A DNA stretch of 64,000 nucleotides from a virus. Taxonomy: Duplodnaviria > Caudoviricetes. The position numbers and the translations under genes are program-made. Below are positions 47,237 to 56,711 of this stretch, one piece after another. The DNA lies in IMG/VR virus record IMGVR_UViG_3300014039_000027, positions 1 through 64,000 of that record. One strand, 5' to 3'. The notes below the pieces were generated by a model. That model worked only from the letters and a program-made list of their open reading frames with translations, searched no databases and was not told the origin of the DNA. Every line of letters starts with the position of its first letter. The stretch's first letter is position 1.

Positions 47237-48331
47237 TCACTCCTTCACCGCGCCCTGCTCCTTCACCATGTCGGCGAATATCTCGTTGAAGTACCGCTTC
47301 AGGTCGTAGGCGCTCTGCACCTTCTTCCCCCACCACTGGCTGTTCAGCGCAAAGTACAGCACGTTGTCCATCGTGTCCCACGCCACGCCGTTCTGCTCAT
47401 GCAGTTCGTTCAGCGCCACGGCCTGCTTCTGCATTTCCGCCTCCGTGGGCTGCGCCCTGCCGGGGTTGTCGCGGGCTTTCTCCTGCGCCAGGTACTTGGC
47501 GATCTGATAGGCTTCGCTGGTGTGGTCAACGGCGGGGCCGTCGTTTTCAGGGGCAAACTCCTGCGTGTAGTTCCCCTCAAGTGTTTTCTGGAAGTTGTCC
47601 GGGCTGGTAATGAGCCAGTCGAAGCTGGCCACAAACCCCCGCTTGTTTTTGCCTTTCAGGAACGGGCTGTTCTTCACGTTCTCAATGGCTTTCAGCACAC
47701 CGTCCACGCCGTTTTCCCGTATGCGGGCTTTCAGCGCCCTGCCCCGTTTTGTCTCCGCCGTCACCTTCATCACCTGTGTCAATCCGGTGTCGTTCCACGC
47801 CGCCACAATGCGTCGGACATCACTTGTCCGACACACAGGCTCTTTAGAGCCTGTAGATATATCTAACCTATCCTCACCTACACTATCCTTACCTAACCTA
47901 TCCTGTGGCAGACAGGCGGCAACCACTTGGCAACCATCCGGCAACCATTTGGGCACTACGTTGTACCCGCTTTTCTCTGCTACGTTGTCATCCACCGTGT
48001 ATGCTCCGTTTGCTTCAAGCGTGAGCAGCGATAATTCCTCCTTGAAACGGGTCTGCGTGTACCGGTCTTTTCGCAGCGCGTTCGCCATGCGCCAGTGCTT
48101 GATAACGATCACACCGTTCTCAAACTGGTAGATATAGCGGCATTTCAGCAGAGTTTCGAGGTCCGATACACTGGCGTGCGCCTTAAACATGGACGCGGAG
48201 ACCTGATTGCAAAAACCGTCATCGTCTGCGGCCATCGAGAGGTGAAGGTAAAGGGCTTGGGCGGAAGATGACATTTCCATGAAATGGTCATCATCCGTGA
48301 CGCTCTTTGTAAACATCCTCCGGGTCGCCAT
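47237..48331 (-). CDS. Phage replication initiator
   Basis: MATRRMFTK...SAQALYLHL N-terminus; ASFDWLI C-terminal domain; upstream of helicase. Confidence 0.8.
   Translation of the reverse strand: MATRRMFTKSVTDDDHFMEMSSSAQALYLHLSMAADDDGFCNQVSASMFKAHASVSDLETLLKCRYIYQFENGVIVIKHWRMANALRKDRYTQTRFKEELSLLTLEANGAYTVDDNVAEKSGYNVVPKWLPDGCQVVAACLPQDRLGKDSVGEDRLDISTGSKEPVCRTSDVRRIVAAWNDTGLTQVMKVTAETKRGRALKARIRENGVDGVLKAIENVKNSPFLKGKNKRGFVASFDWLITSPDNFQKTLEGNYTQEFAPENDGPAVDHTSEAYQIAKYLAQEKARDNPGRAQPTEAEMQKQAVALNELHEQNGVAWDTMDNVLYFALNSQWWGKKVQSAYDLKRYFNEIFADMVKEQGAVKE
47863..47947. repeat. Iteron-like repeats inside the initiator gene (putative origin)
   Basis: GGCAACCA x3 at 11-bp period (47918, 47929, 47940); CTAACCTATCCT x2 (47863, 47893). 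Confidence 0.6.
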
Positions 48332-48708
48332 CAGCTTTTCTCCCCCCAGACCTTCAAAAATTCTCCGATGTCCGCAGGTTTTCCGGTGCCCTCCTCGTCC
48401 TCTCCGCCTCCGCAAAGCCCACGCAGAACACAGCATTTGCAGTTGTCCTCATACTGGTCGCTGACGCACTGGCAAAGCAGCATTTCCTTCACCTCGTGGT
48501 CACAGCACACAATGTCGAAAATGCCGGGCTGTTCGTCGTACTGTCCCTGCGGGCAATCCACTTCGCCGATCTCACACAGTTTCACGATGCCCTTCTCGCC
48601 GCCGCAAGCGCTGTACAGCGGGCACGCTTTACAGTCGTTCCCCTTTACTCTGCCGCCGCAGACCTCCAGCATCGCGGCAAATTCTTCCTTGGTGCAGATA
48701 ATTTTCAT
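48331..48708 (-). CDS. Cys-rich hypothetical protein, 125 aa
   Basis: Internally duplicated CxxC...CGG motif. Confidence 0.55.
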   Translation of the reverse strand: MKIICTKEEFAAMLEVCGGRVKGNDCKACPLYSACGGEKGIVKLCEIGEVDCPQGQYDEQPGIFDIVCCDHEVKEMLLCQCVSDQYEDNCKCCVLRGLCGGGEDEEGTGKPADIGEFLKVWGEKS

Positions 48709-48721
48709 TTCATTACCTCCC

Positions 48722-49282
48722 TCAAATGCCCAGGTCGTAGTCCTCGTCCCCGCCGTCCCGGTCCCAGGGCAGCGGCTCGTCCTCCTCGATCTCCTGAAAG
48801 CCCGCCGCGCTCTGCGGCGCGGTGTTCTGCGTCCCGCAGGGCTTACCGGTGGCCATCTCCCCGGCGCACAGTTTTTCCAGCTGCGGCAGCAGATCCGCCA
48901 GCCGCAAAAATACCTCCACCGGCACCTGCAGCAGCGTTTCCAGCGCCCCCAGCGGTATCACCAGGTCGGCGCGGAGCTCGCTCCACACCTTGGCCTCGCC
49001 GTCCTTGGTGGTGTACGGCCTCTGCCGCCATGTGCCCACCACGCACACCGCGTCGCCCTTTTCCAGGCAGGCGCTCAGCTTCGTGGCGGCGTTGTCTCCC
49101 ACGGCGCACACGTTCATGAACTGCTTGCTGTCGTAGCCCATGCCGAACTCCACCTTCGGCAAATTGTTCTTGGGTATCGCGCCTATCCGGGGGTCCCGGC
49201 TGACGGAGCCGGTACAGATCATGTACTGGCTCCCGTCAGCCTTACCCTCTCCGTCCAGACGCTTCCGGACGAATAGCGGCAT
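48722..49282 (-). CDS. ssb: Single-stranded DNA-binding protein
   Basis: OB-fold pattern (LEKGDAVCVVGTWRQRPY) and acidic tail. Confidence 0.8.
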   Translation of the reverse strand: MPLFVRKRLDGEGKADGSQYMICTGSVSRDPRIGAIPKNNLPKVEFGMGYDSKQFMNVCAVGDNAATKLSACLEKGDAVCVVGTWRQRPYTTKDGEAKVWSELRADLVIPLGALETLLQVPVEVFLRLADLLPQLEKLCAGEMATGKPCGTQNTAPQSAAGFQEIEEDEPLPWDRDGGDEDYDLGI

Positions 49283-50310
49283 TACTGCTCACCCTCCCCG
49301 AAGAACCCTGCGGAGTAGTCCTTTGCCTCCGCCTTTGTCTCTGTTTTGGCTTCTGCGGCGCTCTGTGCGCGTTTGCGGGTGGGGGCGGTGTCGTTGCCCT
49401 CCTTCGGCCCTGCGTCGCTGTGAGCGACCTCTGTGTGGCCGACGGGAGGGTTTACCGCCGTTTCCTCGTCCACCACATAGCCGGAGGTGGTGATGACCGG
49501 CTCAGTCACCGTCCCGTCCTCTGCGGCGATCACGGCATCCTCGCCGTCCTCGCTGAAGTAGCCGCGTACCTCGTTACTCAGCGGGGCATAACCGCTGTTC
49601 AGCAGCTGGCGGATCATGGTCTTACGGCACATCTTGTCCTGTCCGCCGTTCACGTCGTACCAGGGCGTGCCGTTCAGCAGCTTCTTCACCTCACCGGCGT
49701 CCAGTTCGCCCGCCTCCATCGCCTTGTACTTGTCCAGCTTAAATGCCGGGGAGTACCGGTCCGCGTGCTGCAGCAGCCGGTCCATCGACCAATAGATCGA
49801 CCGGAACGTGCCGTCCTTCAGCTCGTAATAGGCGTAGTAGCCGATGATCTTGTGGCTCTCGCGCTCCTCGTCCGTGTCATACTTGGCCAAGTTCACCACC
49901 GGCTTGCCCGTGCGGCGGTCGCGGCTCTCCAGCTCACCCTCGCGCACCTCAAGGCAGTCGATGTCCGCGTAGTACCCGGTGGACATGGCCAGCTGTATGT
50001 AGCCCTTGTACGCCAGCAGGTATGCCGCCGTGCTGCCGTAGGGCACGATGTAGTAGCCGTGGCCGTAGATCAGGCCCATGCCCTCGCCCCGCAGACCGGC
50101 GGCAATGATGGTGCCGGGGTCGCAGGCTTTCAGTGTCTCGCTGGCGCTCACCGCGCCGATCAGGGTGCTGGTGAACCGCGCCGCCATCTTGTCGTTCTTC
50201 AGCGCCCGCTGTATCATCTGCTGGGTGTTGGGCGCCGTGATCGCCATGCTGAATGTGGGCTTCTTGGCCTGTGCCATCTGCGTGAAGCCCGCCTGATTCT
50301 GTACTTTCAT
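49282..50310 (-). CDS. recT: RecT-family recombinase
   Basis: YYIVPY, YKGYIQLA, MCRKTMIRQLL. Confidence 0.85.
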   Translation of the reverse strand: MKVQNQAGFTQMAQAKKPTFSMAITAPNTQQMIQRALKNDKMAARFTSTLIGAVSASETLKACDPGTIIAAGLRGEGMGLIYGHGYYIVPYGSTAAYLLAYKGYIQLAMSTGYYADIDCLEVREGELESRDRRTGKPVVNLAKYDTDEERESHKIIGYYAYYELKDGTFRSIYWSMDRLLQHADRYSPAFKLDKYKAMEAGELDAGEVKKLLNGTPWYDVNGGQDKMCRKTMIRQLLNSGYAPLSNEVRGYFSEDGEDAVIAAEDGTVTEPVITTSGYVVDEETAVNPPVGHTEVAHSDAGPKEGNDTAPTRKRAQSAAEAKTETKAEAKDYSAGFFGEGEQ

Positions 50311-50325
50311 TCCGTTTCTCCTCCC

Positions 50326-51285
50326 TTACTCCTGCGGCACCGGCATAAACCGGATGCCGTTTTTCTGCATATAGGCTTTCAGTCCGTCCAGCTGCCGCGC
50401 CGTTCCGAATGCGCGGAAGTCTACCTTGTACTCCGGCTCCTGTACCTGTGCGGGCATCTCGTGGCTGTCCTCGTCCACCAGGTCGTTGACCGGCTGCGCC
50501 TGCTGGGGTTCTACCGTTCCTGCGATGCCGATCACCTCGTACCCGTCAGACTCGCCGATGCACTCCGGCTTCAGCGGCGCTGTCTTTTGCTGCTGTGCCG
50601 CTGCGTACTTCGCTGCGGCCTCCGCCTCCTTACGCTTGCGCTCCTCCTCGGCGGCTTTCATCCGTCCCAATGTCTCGTTCTTCACCAGCACCGCGCTGAT
50701 GTTACGGGTCCGGGTGTACTCGTCCAGCAGCGTGGTCTCGAACTCGCTGTGCAGCGCACGGATGGCGTTCAGGTCTGCGCGGCAGCGGTCAATGGCGGCG
50801 CAAATATCCATCTGCGCCGTGCTCTCGGCATAGGTGGCGTTCAGCCACTTGGGGTTAAAGCAGTCGTCAAAGGTCAGCCACTCCGTCATGTCGCCCACCA
50901 CCTGGGCGAAGTACGCAGCCAGCCGGTCCTTCTTCTCCTGCTTCGCCGCCTCCTCCATCGCCTTGATCTGCACGTCCAGCGCTTGGACACCTCGCTCAAA
51001 GACTGCCTCCAAATCCTTGCAGTTGCTTTCTTCTGCGGCGCAAGTTGACAGTGCGGCGGCACGCATCTCCTTCCTCACGTCGCTTACTCCGCTTTGCGCC
51101 TTGCGGAGACTTGCTCTGTCGGCCTTTGCCTGTGAAATCGTATCGGGCGTCACAACGATGTTCTCGTACTGTGCCACAACGCTTTCCGCCCACTTTTTTA
51201 CGGCAGGATAGTTGGTCGTAATAACCTGCTTCCGCACCTCCTGCAAATCGCTTGTAATGCAGAACTCCATAAGTTCTCCGGTCAT
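50326..51285 (-). CDS. DUF1351-like protein
   Basis: Coiled-coil with FNPKWLNAT motif; next to RecT. Confidence 0.65.
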   Translation of the reverse strand: MTGELMEFCITSDLQEVRKQVITTNYPAVKKWAESVVAQYENIVVTPDTISQAKADRASLRKAQSGVSDVRKEMRAAALSTCAAEESNCKDLEAVFERGVQALDVQIKAMEEAAKQEKKDRLAAYFAQVVGDMTEWLTFDDCFNPKWLNATYAESTAQMDICAAIDRCRADLNAIRALHSEFETTLLDEYTRTRNISAVLVKNETLGRMKAAEEERKRKEAEAAAKYAAAQQQKTAPLKPECIGESDGYEVIGIAGTVEPQQAQPVNDLVDEDSHEMPAQVQEPEYKVDFRAFGTARQLDGLKAYMQKNGIRFMPVPQE

Positions 51286-52010
51286 GCAATGATTTCCTCC
51301 TTTGCCTTGTATTTTTCGGATGTTCGCTTGTTGGCAGCCTGTGTTTTCATATCCACCCAGCGGCAGTTCTCCGGGCAGTAATTGCCGTTTACATCGATAC
51401 GGTCTATGGTGCATTGCCCACGCGGCGCATTTTCGTCGTAGCCGGTTGCAAGCGCCCAGTCTCGGAACGCTTCGTAGCTATTGCGCCACTCATCACAGAC
51501 AGTGATCCCTCTGCCGCCGTAGTTGTGAAAGCTCTTGTTCTGTGGGTGATAACATCTCGCCAGCATCGCGGTCCAAATCGGATAGAGCCTGCTGCCGTGA
51601 CCTCCGTGTGTCCGGTTCAAATAGCCCATTTCTCGCACTCGCTCCAAATTCAGGCATCCGCACGACCTCGTATGACCGGAGCGCAGGTCGTGAGCTGTGG
51701 AAAGACACTCACCTCCACAATCACAGGCGCAGCGCCAAATATGGTCGCCCCACCTGTTCTGCCCAACTCTTTCGACTGGGCGCAACCTCCCAAAAACGCA
51801 GCCTTTCAAATCGGCGGTCCTTCTTGCTGCGGATAACTCCCGAAACAGGCACCCACACGATTGCGAAGCGCCGCTTTTCAATGAATTGACATAGACCTCG
51901 CGTTCTGTCCCGCAATCGCACTTGCAAAGGTAATACTTCTTGGTTCCGCGCTTTGATGCAGGCGCCACAACCGTCCACCGGCCAAACCTCGCATCCACGA
52001 GGTCGCTCAT
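51282..52010 (-). mobile_element. Free-standing HNH homing endonuclease 4
   Basis: Two CxCDCG-SCGC repeats; YGGRGI; TIDRIDVNGNYCPENCRW. Confidence 0.85.
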
Positions 52011-52934
52011 GCCGTCACCTCCGCGTCGTACTTGGTGATGTGCTTCACCCTGTCCGCCCACGCCGGGTCAATGGCGCTCTCCGGCAGGTCCACCTCGGTG
52101 ATGATGGCCTTCTTCTCCGCCCCCTCGCCGCCGGGGACAAGTACCTTGTCTCCGGGGCGCAGCGGCAGGTCGGTCAGGAAGGTGTATGCCTGCCCGCCGT
52201 AGCCGTTCAGCTTCGGCTTGTGGTACATGGCCTTTACGATCATCCCTGCTCACCCACCTTCCCGGCATCGGCAGCGCCATTTCCCGGCTGCGCTTCTGCG
52301 CTCACGTCCACGATCTTTCCAAGAACGCCCAGTTTGACGAGCCCGTAGGCTATACACACGGCCTTGTTGTCGCGGAGATTCTTTTCCACGGCACTGTCAA
52401 CGCCAGCCAGACAATGGGCGAAGTCGGCCGCGGTCATGTTTCCTCCCCGCGTCACAGAGTGGAAGTCCACGCCCTCCTCCGTCTTGCGCCCGAAGCACAT
52501 CATGGCAAAATCCAGGTTGGCTTCCTCGTGCAGCGCCTCGCCGGTCTCGGCGTTGGTCATCGTCAGCTTCAGTTTCATCACTTGCCCTCCTTCTTGGCCG
52601 TGCGCTTGCCGCCCTTTCTGGCGGCGGGCTTCTTCGGGACGGCTTCCTGCGCCGCCTGTGCCGCGGCCCACGCCGCGTCGTCCTCGTTCATCTTCTGCCG
52701 GATGCGGCTGTCCTTTTCGGTCACGAGCTTTACGGCGTTCTCCGTCAGACGCACCAGCAGCCCCGCCGTTCCGATGGGCACGTTCTCAGCTACGTTGGCG
52801 GCGGCCACGCCGTCATACTTGTCCTCCTCGCCCTCCTTGGGCATCACCGCCGCGCATATCACGCCGCAGGCGTTCCGCACGAATACGCGCTCCTCTCCCG
52901 TTTCCATGTCCAGCACGGTCACTCGAAATGCCAT
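52007..52934 (-). CDS. Three hypothetical genes (52007-52243, 52240-52578, 52578-52934)
   Basis: Packed ORFs; the last two share a similar N-terminus (xxxTxxxxETGE). Confidence 0.5.
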
Positions 52935-52958
52935 TTCATTTCTCCTTTCGTTTTTCAC

Positions 52959-53621
52959 TTAAAGTCGTAATATTGCCGCCGGGGGAACCCCGTTGAGCAC
53001 GTTGTTTTGGTAGAAGTCCGTTTCCTTTTCCAGCAGCCACGCCATGTCCGCTTCCTGTTCCGCCCTCTCGAAGTGATAAGTGCGTATGCTCAGGTCACCG
53101 TCCATGTTCTCCAGGCTTGCCATCAGGTCCGCAAACTCATACCCGGTGGCCAGCATTTGGTGCAGGATCTGCGCCATATAATGGCTGGGGATCTGCCCGT
53201 CCCACTTCGCCCAGCCCGCCTTGCCGTTGGGTGTCGCTGTCTTGATCTCCAAAATGCCCCTCCGCCCTCGCTCGTCAGTGATCTCGCCGTCCAGCGTGGC
53301 GAATATAAATGGCCGTTCTTTCTGATACAAAATGTCGTAGGGGTAGTAGTCCACCGTGCGCCCCGGGTGCATAGCGGTGTACAGCCCCCGCAGCGCCGGT
53401 TCCATCCGCACGCCGCGGCTCACCGCCGCGCTGCCGCTTAGGTCCTTGGGCTTGTCCGCCCCCACCTTCAGCCGCCACAGTTCCAGTTTCGACAGCCACG
53501 GGGACATTCCCACTACCGCTGCGGCTTCGCTGGCGCCTATTCCCTGCATACGTCCGGCCAACCAGTCCTCCCGGTTCTCAAAGTGCAGCCGTTCCAGTTC
53601 TTTTCCATCTCCTTCCCACAA
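52959..53621 (-). CDS. YqaJ/lambda-exonuclease-like protein
   Basis: RMQGIGASEAA, ATLDGEI, ILEIKT, YMAQILHQM. Confidence 0.88.
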   Translation of the reverse strand: MWEGDGKELERLHFENREDWLAGRMQGIGASEAAAVVGMSPWLSKLELWRLKVGADKPKDLSGSAAVSRGVRMEPALRGLYTAMHPGRTVDYYPYDILYQKERPFIFATLDGEITDERGRRGILEIKTATPNGKAGWAKWDGQIPSHYMAQILHQMLATGYEFADLMASLENMDGDLSIRTYHFERAEQEADMAWLLEKETDFYQNNVLNGVPPAAILRL

Positions 53622-53623
53622 AC

Positions 53624-53703
53624 AAAAAGAGCGCCGCCAAGCGGTCCGGTTTTCCGAACCACTCGACGACGCTCCGCCCTTCCCGCCAACTGACTTAGGC
53701 GGG
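53624..53703 (-). terminator. Hairpin-linker-terminator element A, upstream of recombination and replication genes
   Basis: CCCGCC-TAAGTCAGTT-GGCGGG, AAGGGCG linker, 21-bp stem with G-U pairs, TTTTTGTTT. Confidence 0.8.
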
Positions 53704-53708
53704 GTACG

Positions 53709-53852
53709 CTATTTGGTCTTTACCTCTGCTCTGCTGACCTTGACGATTTTCACGCCATCCTTCAGGGGTATCAGCTCAATGCGAAAGTTCTTCGCCAGTG
53801 CCGCGTTGATAACGGCGATTTGTTCTGTTGTGATATGCGCGGTTTCTTTCAT
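53709..53852 (-). CDS. Small protein A, 47 aa, paralog of 31950-32126
   Basis: Read by hand: MKETAHITTEQIAVINAALAKNFRIELIPLKDGVKIVKVSRAEVKTK; start overlaps previous stop. Confidence 0.7.
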   Translation of the reverse strand: MKETAHITTEQIAVINAALAKNFRIELIPLKDGVKIVKVSRAEVKTK

Positions 53853-54247
53853 GCGTCTCTCTTCCCCAAGAATGATTTTGCTGCCTCATAAATTTCGTTT
53901 ACAAAGTCATCAACATCTTTCCAGTCGTAGACACAAAGGTACTTCCCCCGATTTACCACTACAGAACAATCTGGAAGATCTTTCCTCCGAGGTTTGCCTG
54001 CGTGGGATTTTATATATATCGTCCCTTTTCTGTTAGGATCTTCATCTCCCCGCCTCTCTACATTGGATGGTTTCCCACGCTCCACAAATACATAATACCC
54101 TTCGTAAAGAAGCCTGTTCTCCGCATTGAGGTCAGCAGCTGTTTTGGGCGCAATACCGCGCTTTAACCTGTCGAGTTCTTCTTCGAGTTTTGCTATCTGC
54201 GTCTCTCTGATCGCAATTTTTTTCTCTACCGATTTAATTCTACCCAT
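53849..54247 (-). CDS. AT-rich hypothetical protein, 132 aa
   Basis: Distinctly low GC; GAGG RBS. Confidence 0.6.
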   Translation of the reverse strand: MGRIKSVEKKIAIRETQIAKLEEELDRLKRGIAPKTAADLNAENRLLYEGYYVFVERGKPSNVERRGDEDPNRKGTIYIKSHAGKPRRKDLPDCSVVVNRGKYLCVYDWKDVDDFVNEIYEAAKSFLGKRDA

Positions 54248-54277
54248 AACTAAAAGAACCTCTCATTAAAATTTTGT

Positions 54278-54859
54278 TTATTTATAAAGCCCCATGGCTT
54301 TACAGCTTGTCCACACGCCCACAAGGGCGGCTCCCGCGAGAAGCAGCAGCCACAGCGAGCCGCCGTTCTCCACTTCTCCGATGACGCCCCACGCCAGGAA
54401 GGCACTCACGCCCAGCAGCCATTTCCACTTTCGGCTCCGCCGGCGCTCATTCCGCGTCTTGCTCATCGTCCTTCACTTCCTCCATGTGGTCCTCTCCGCA
54501 CACCGGGCAATACACCTCCCGGCGCACCTCGATGCCGTTCTCACCGTCCAGGTTCTCTTTCCTCTCCCGGACCACCGGCGCGTCGAACTTCACGCCGCAT
54601 ATCCTGCACCGATAGCTCATAGCGTGATGGCCGACCGCAGGTCATCAATGGGGATGTGCAGCTTCCGGCACGCCGCCTGAAGCTCCCGCACCGTGAAGTC
54701 CAGCGGGCTTTTCTTCCGCCGCAGCAGCGTCATGGTGGTCATGTTCATGGCCTCCGCCAGCTCCTGCTTTTTCACGCCCTCTGTTTCCAGTGCGCCATAC
54801 AGCAGCGTCACGATCTTCTGCTCTGTGGGGTTCACCCCCAGCGGCTTCACTCTCGGCAT
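54278..54859 (-). CDS. Three small genes (54278-54466 membrane, 54447-54620 Zn-ribbon, 54617-54859 HTH-like)
   Basis: TM helices; CxxC pairs; KQELAEAMNMTTMTL helix-turn-helix. Confidence 0.55.
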
Positions 54860-55659
54860 TTTCTCCCCTCCCTGTTGCTTAAAAACCTGTCCACGAAGTA
54901 CGTCTGCCCGCGGCCCGTTACCTTCACTGTTTTGCTGACGGTAACGGAACCGTCCGACCGGGTAATGGCCGTTTCCTTGATGCTGAAAAGCCCCATTTCC
55001 ATCGACCGCTGCGTGGGCATATTGTAGTCTGTTCCATTGCGGCGGATCAGATAGCCGTTGTCCCGGAGCCATCCAAACAATCGGTTCTGTCCGATGTTCA
55101 CGCCGTTCTGCCGCAGCAGCTTCGCCAGCTCACCCACCAGGATGGAGGTGTGGGACGCGCTTACAGCATCCGCAAACAGTACCTTTGGCCTGTCCGCTTC
55201 CGCCTGCTGCTCCAGCGCCCTGCGCTTCTGCTGCTCCTGCTTGAGTGTTGTGGCCAGCTGGATAATGTAGTCCGGGTCTGTCAGCGTCCGTTCGATGACC
55301 TCCGGCGTCATGTAAGCGCCGTTGCGCCGAATGGAGGGCAGGACTTCCTCCGTTACCCAGTCGGTGAACTTCTCCGCCGTCGGCAGCTTCGAACCAAACA
55401 CCAGCCGGTAAATGTCGCTTTCGGGGATAAATGACATTCCCGTTGCTCGCGTCGCCGGCGTTCCATCCGCCCTTTCTCCGGTTTGTACCCATGCGTCGCG
55501 TTTCACGACACCCCTGCAATGGCGCAAGATGGCATCACGAGGGTTGCTATATCCCAGCGCCCGTGCTACGTCTGTAGCGCAAAAAAGAATCCTGCTGTTT
55601 TCCTCGATAGTGCGAATGCTGCCGAACTCCGGATTGCTGAAAACCTGCATCTCGTTCAC
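54847..55659 (-). CDS. Phage antirepressor, Bro-N plus ANT/KilA-C
   Basis: FSNPEFGSIR, DVARALGY, EVLPSIRR, PKVLFADAV, VTGRGQ. Confidence 0.9.
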   Translation of the reverse strand: MNEMQVFSNPEFGSIRTIEENSRILFCATDVARALGYSNPRDAILRHCRGVVKRDAWVQTGERADGTPATRATGMSFIPESDIYRLVFGSKLPTAEKFTDWVTEEVLPSIRRNGAYMTPEVIERTLTDPDYIIQLATTLKQEQQKRRALEQQAEADRPKVLFADAVSASHTSILVGELAKLLRQNGVNIGQNRLFGWLRDNGYLIRRNGTDYNMPTQRSMEMGLFSIKETAITRSDGSVTVSKTVKVTGRGQTYFVDRFLSNREGRKCRE

Positions 55660-55865
55660 TTTCGCCCCTCCCCCTTCATCAGCTCATCCAATGTGCAGCG
55701 GTACAGCGCAGACAGTTTATGCAGGATTGCTACGGAAGGATCGGACTTTCCTGTCTCATAAAGACTCACCGCCGAAACGCTTACTCCCAGCAGGTTCGCC
55801 ACTGTTTTCTGCGAATACCCCGCTTTCTTTCTCTGCTCCTTGTAGCTCAATTTCTCATCTCCCAT
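55656..55865 (-). CDS. Cro-like XRE regulator
   Basis: SQKTVANLLGVSVSAVSLYETGKSDP; divergent from cI. Confidence 0.85.
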   Translation of the reverse strand: MGDEKLSYKEQRKKAGYSQKTVANLLGVSVSAVSLYETGKSDPSVAILHKLSALYRCTLDELMKGEGRK

Positions 55866-55885
55866 CAAAAATAATTGAGAAATAC

Positions 55886-55914
55886 TTGACTTTTTCTGAA
55901 ATTCGCCTTATTAT
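55886..55914 (+). promoter_or_regulatory. Promoter for cI
   Basis: TTGACT-N17-TATTAT. Confidence 0.65.
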
Positions 55915-56003
55915 GTGTTTGCCTACACGAATAACTTAGCAAATTTCGCTTAATAAAAGCGGTTGTTTTCTCCATGTTTGCTCGAATTATTTTGCGTAGC
56001 TTT

Positions 56004-56032
56004 ATATTAACTCAATATTCACTCAATATCAA
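56004..56032 (-). promoter_or_regulatory. Lytic (cro) promoter
   Basis: TTGATA-N17-TAATAT; overlaps ACTCAATAT direct repeats. Confidence 0.6.
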
Positions 56033-56092
56033 GAGCAATCTGCTTCATTTCTCAATGTTTGTAGCAATGCACAATTTTGGAGGTATACTTTT

Positions 56093-56446
56093 GTGAATGG
56101 TGAACTGTTCGTTTACAAGATTTGGCAATTATGCAAAGCCAAGGGGCTGACAAAGGCCGAGTTCTACGAGGCTGCCGGCATCACTCCGTCGGCAATGGCT
56201 CTCTACAAAAAGGGAAAAACAAAGCCGTCAATGGACACACTTCGTACTATTGCGCGTGTTTTGGAAATCGACGTTTCTTATTTACTGGCTGAACTTTACG
56301 GCGATGAAACAGAAAAAGAGCCCGCTTCCCAACTGGAAAGCGAACTCGATTCCGCCCTGGTGAAATTGTTGTGCTCTCTTACCCCGACTGAACTGGCGCA
56401 GGTGCAGGGCTTTGCCGCAGCGCTGATAGCAGCTCGTAAAGCCTGA
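56093..56446 (+). CDS. CI-like repressor without S24 peptidase domain, 117 aa
   Basis: XRE HTH (ITPSAMALYKKGKTKPS) and short helical C-terminus; GGAGG RBS. Confidence 0.85.
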   Translation: MNGELFVYKIWQLCKAKGLTKAEFYEAAGITPSAMALYKKGKTKPSMDTLRTIARVLEIDVSYLLAELYGDETEKEPASQLESELDSALVKLLCSLTPTELAQVQGFAAALIAARKA

Positions 56447-56501
56447 CCTTTTCCTCCATCGTCAAGGTGGAGACCAACTTCCTTGCTTCCTGTTCGTTCA
56501 T
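56379..56501 (-). CDS. Small protein resembling the repressor C-terminus, 40 aa
   Basis: GAGGGGG RBS; KLVSTLTMEE versus cI KLLCSLTPTE. Confidence 0.55.
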   Translation of the reverse strand: MNEQEARKLVSTLTMEEKVRLYELLSALRQSPAPAPVQSG

Positions 56502-56711
56502 TTCTCTGTGCCCCCTCATTTGTCGTTTCGTGTCGTCTGCCTGGTTTGATCGTACTCCCTGTATGCCTCGGTGTCTATACTCATTTCGGGGAAACGCTCC
56601 CCAATTTGGGGAAATGCTGCCCGGTCGCTTATCCATATTTGGCTGTCTGCCACCCAAATATGGATTTTTGGGGGATGAAATATCATCCGTTACCGATAGA
56701 AAGGGGAAATC

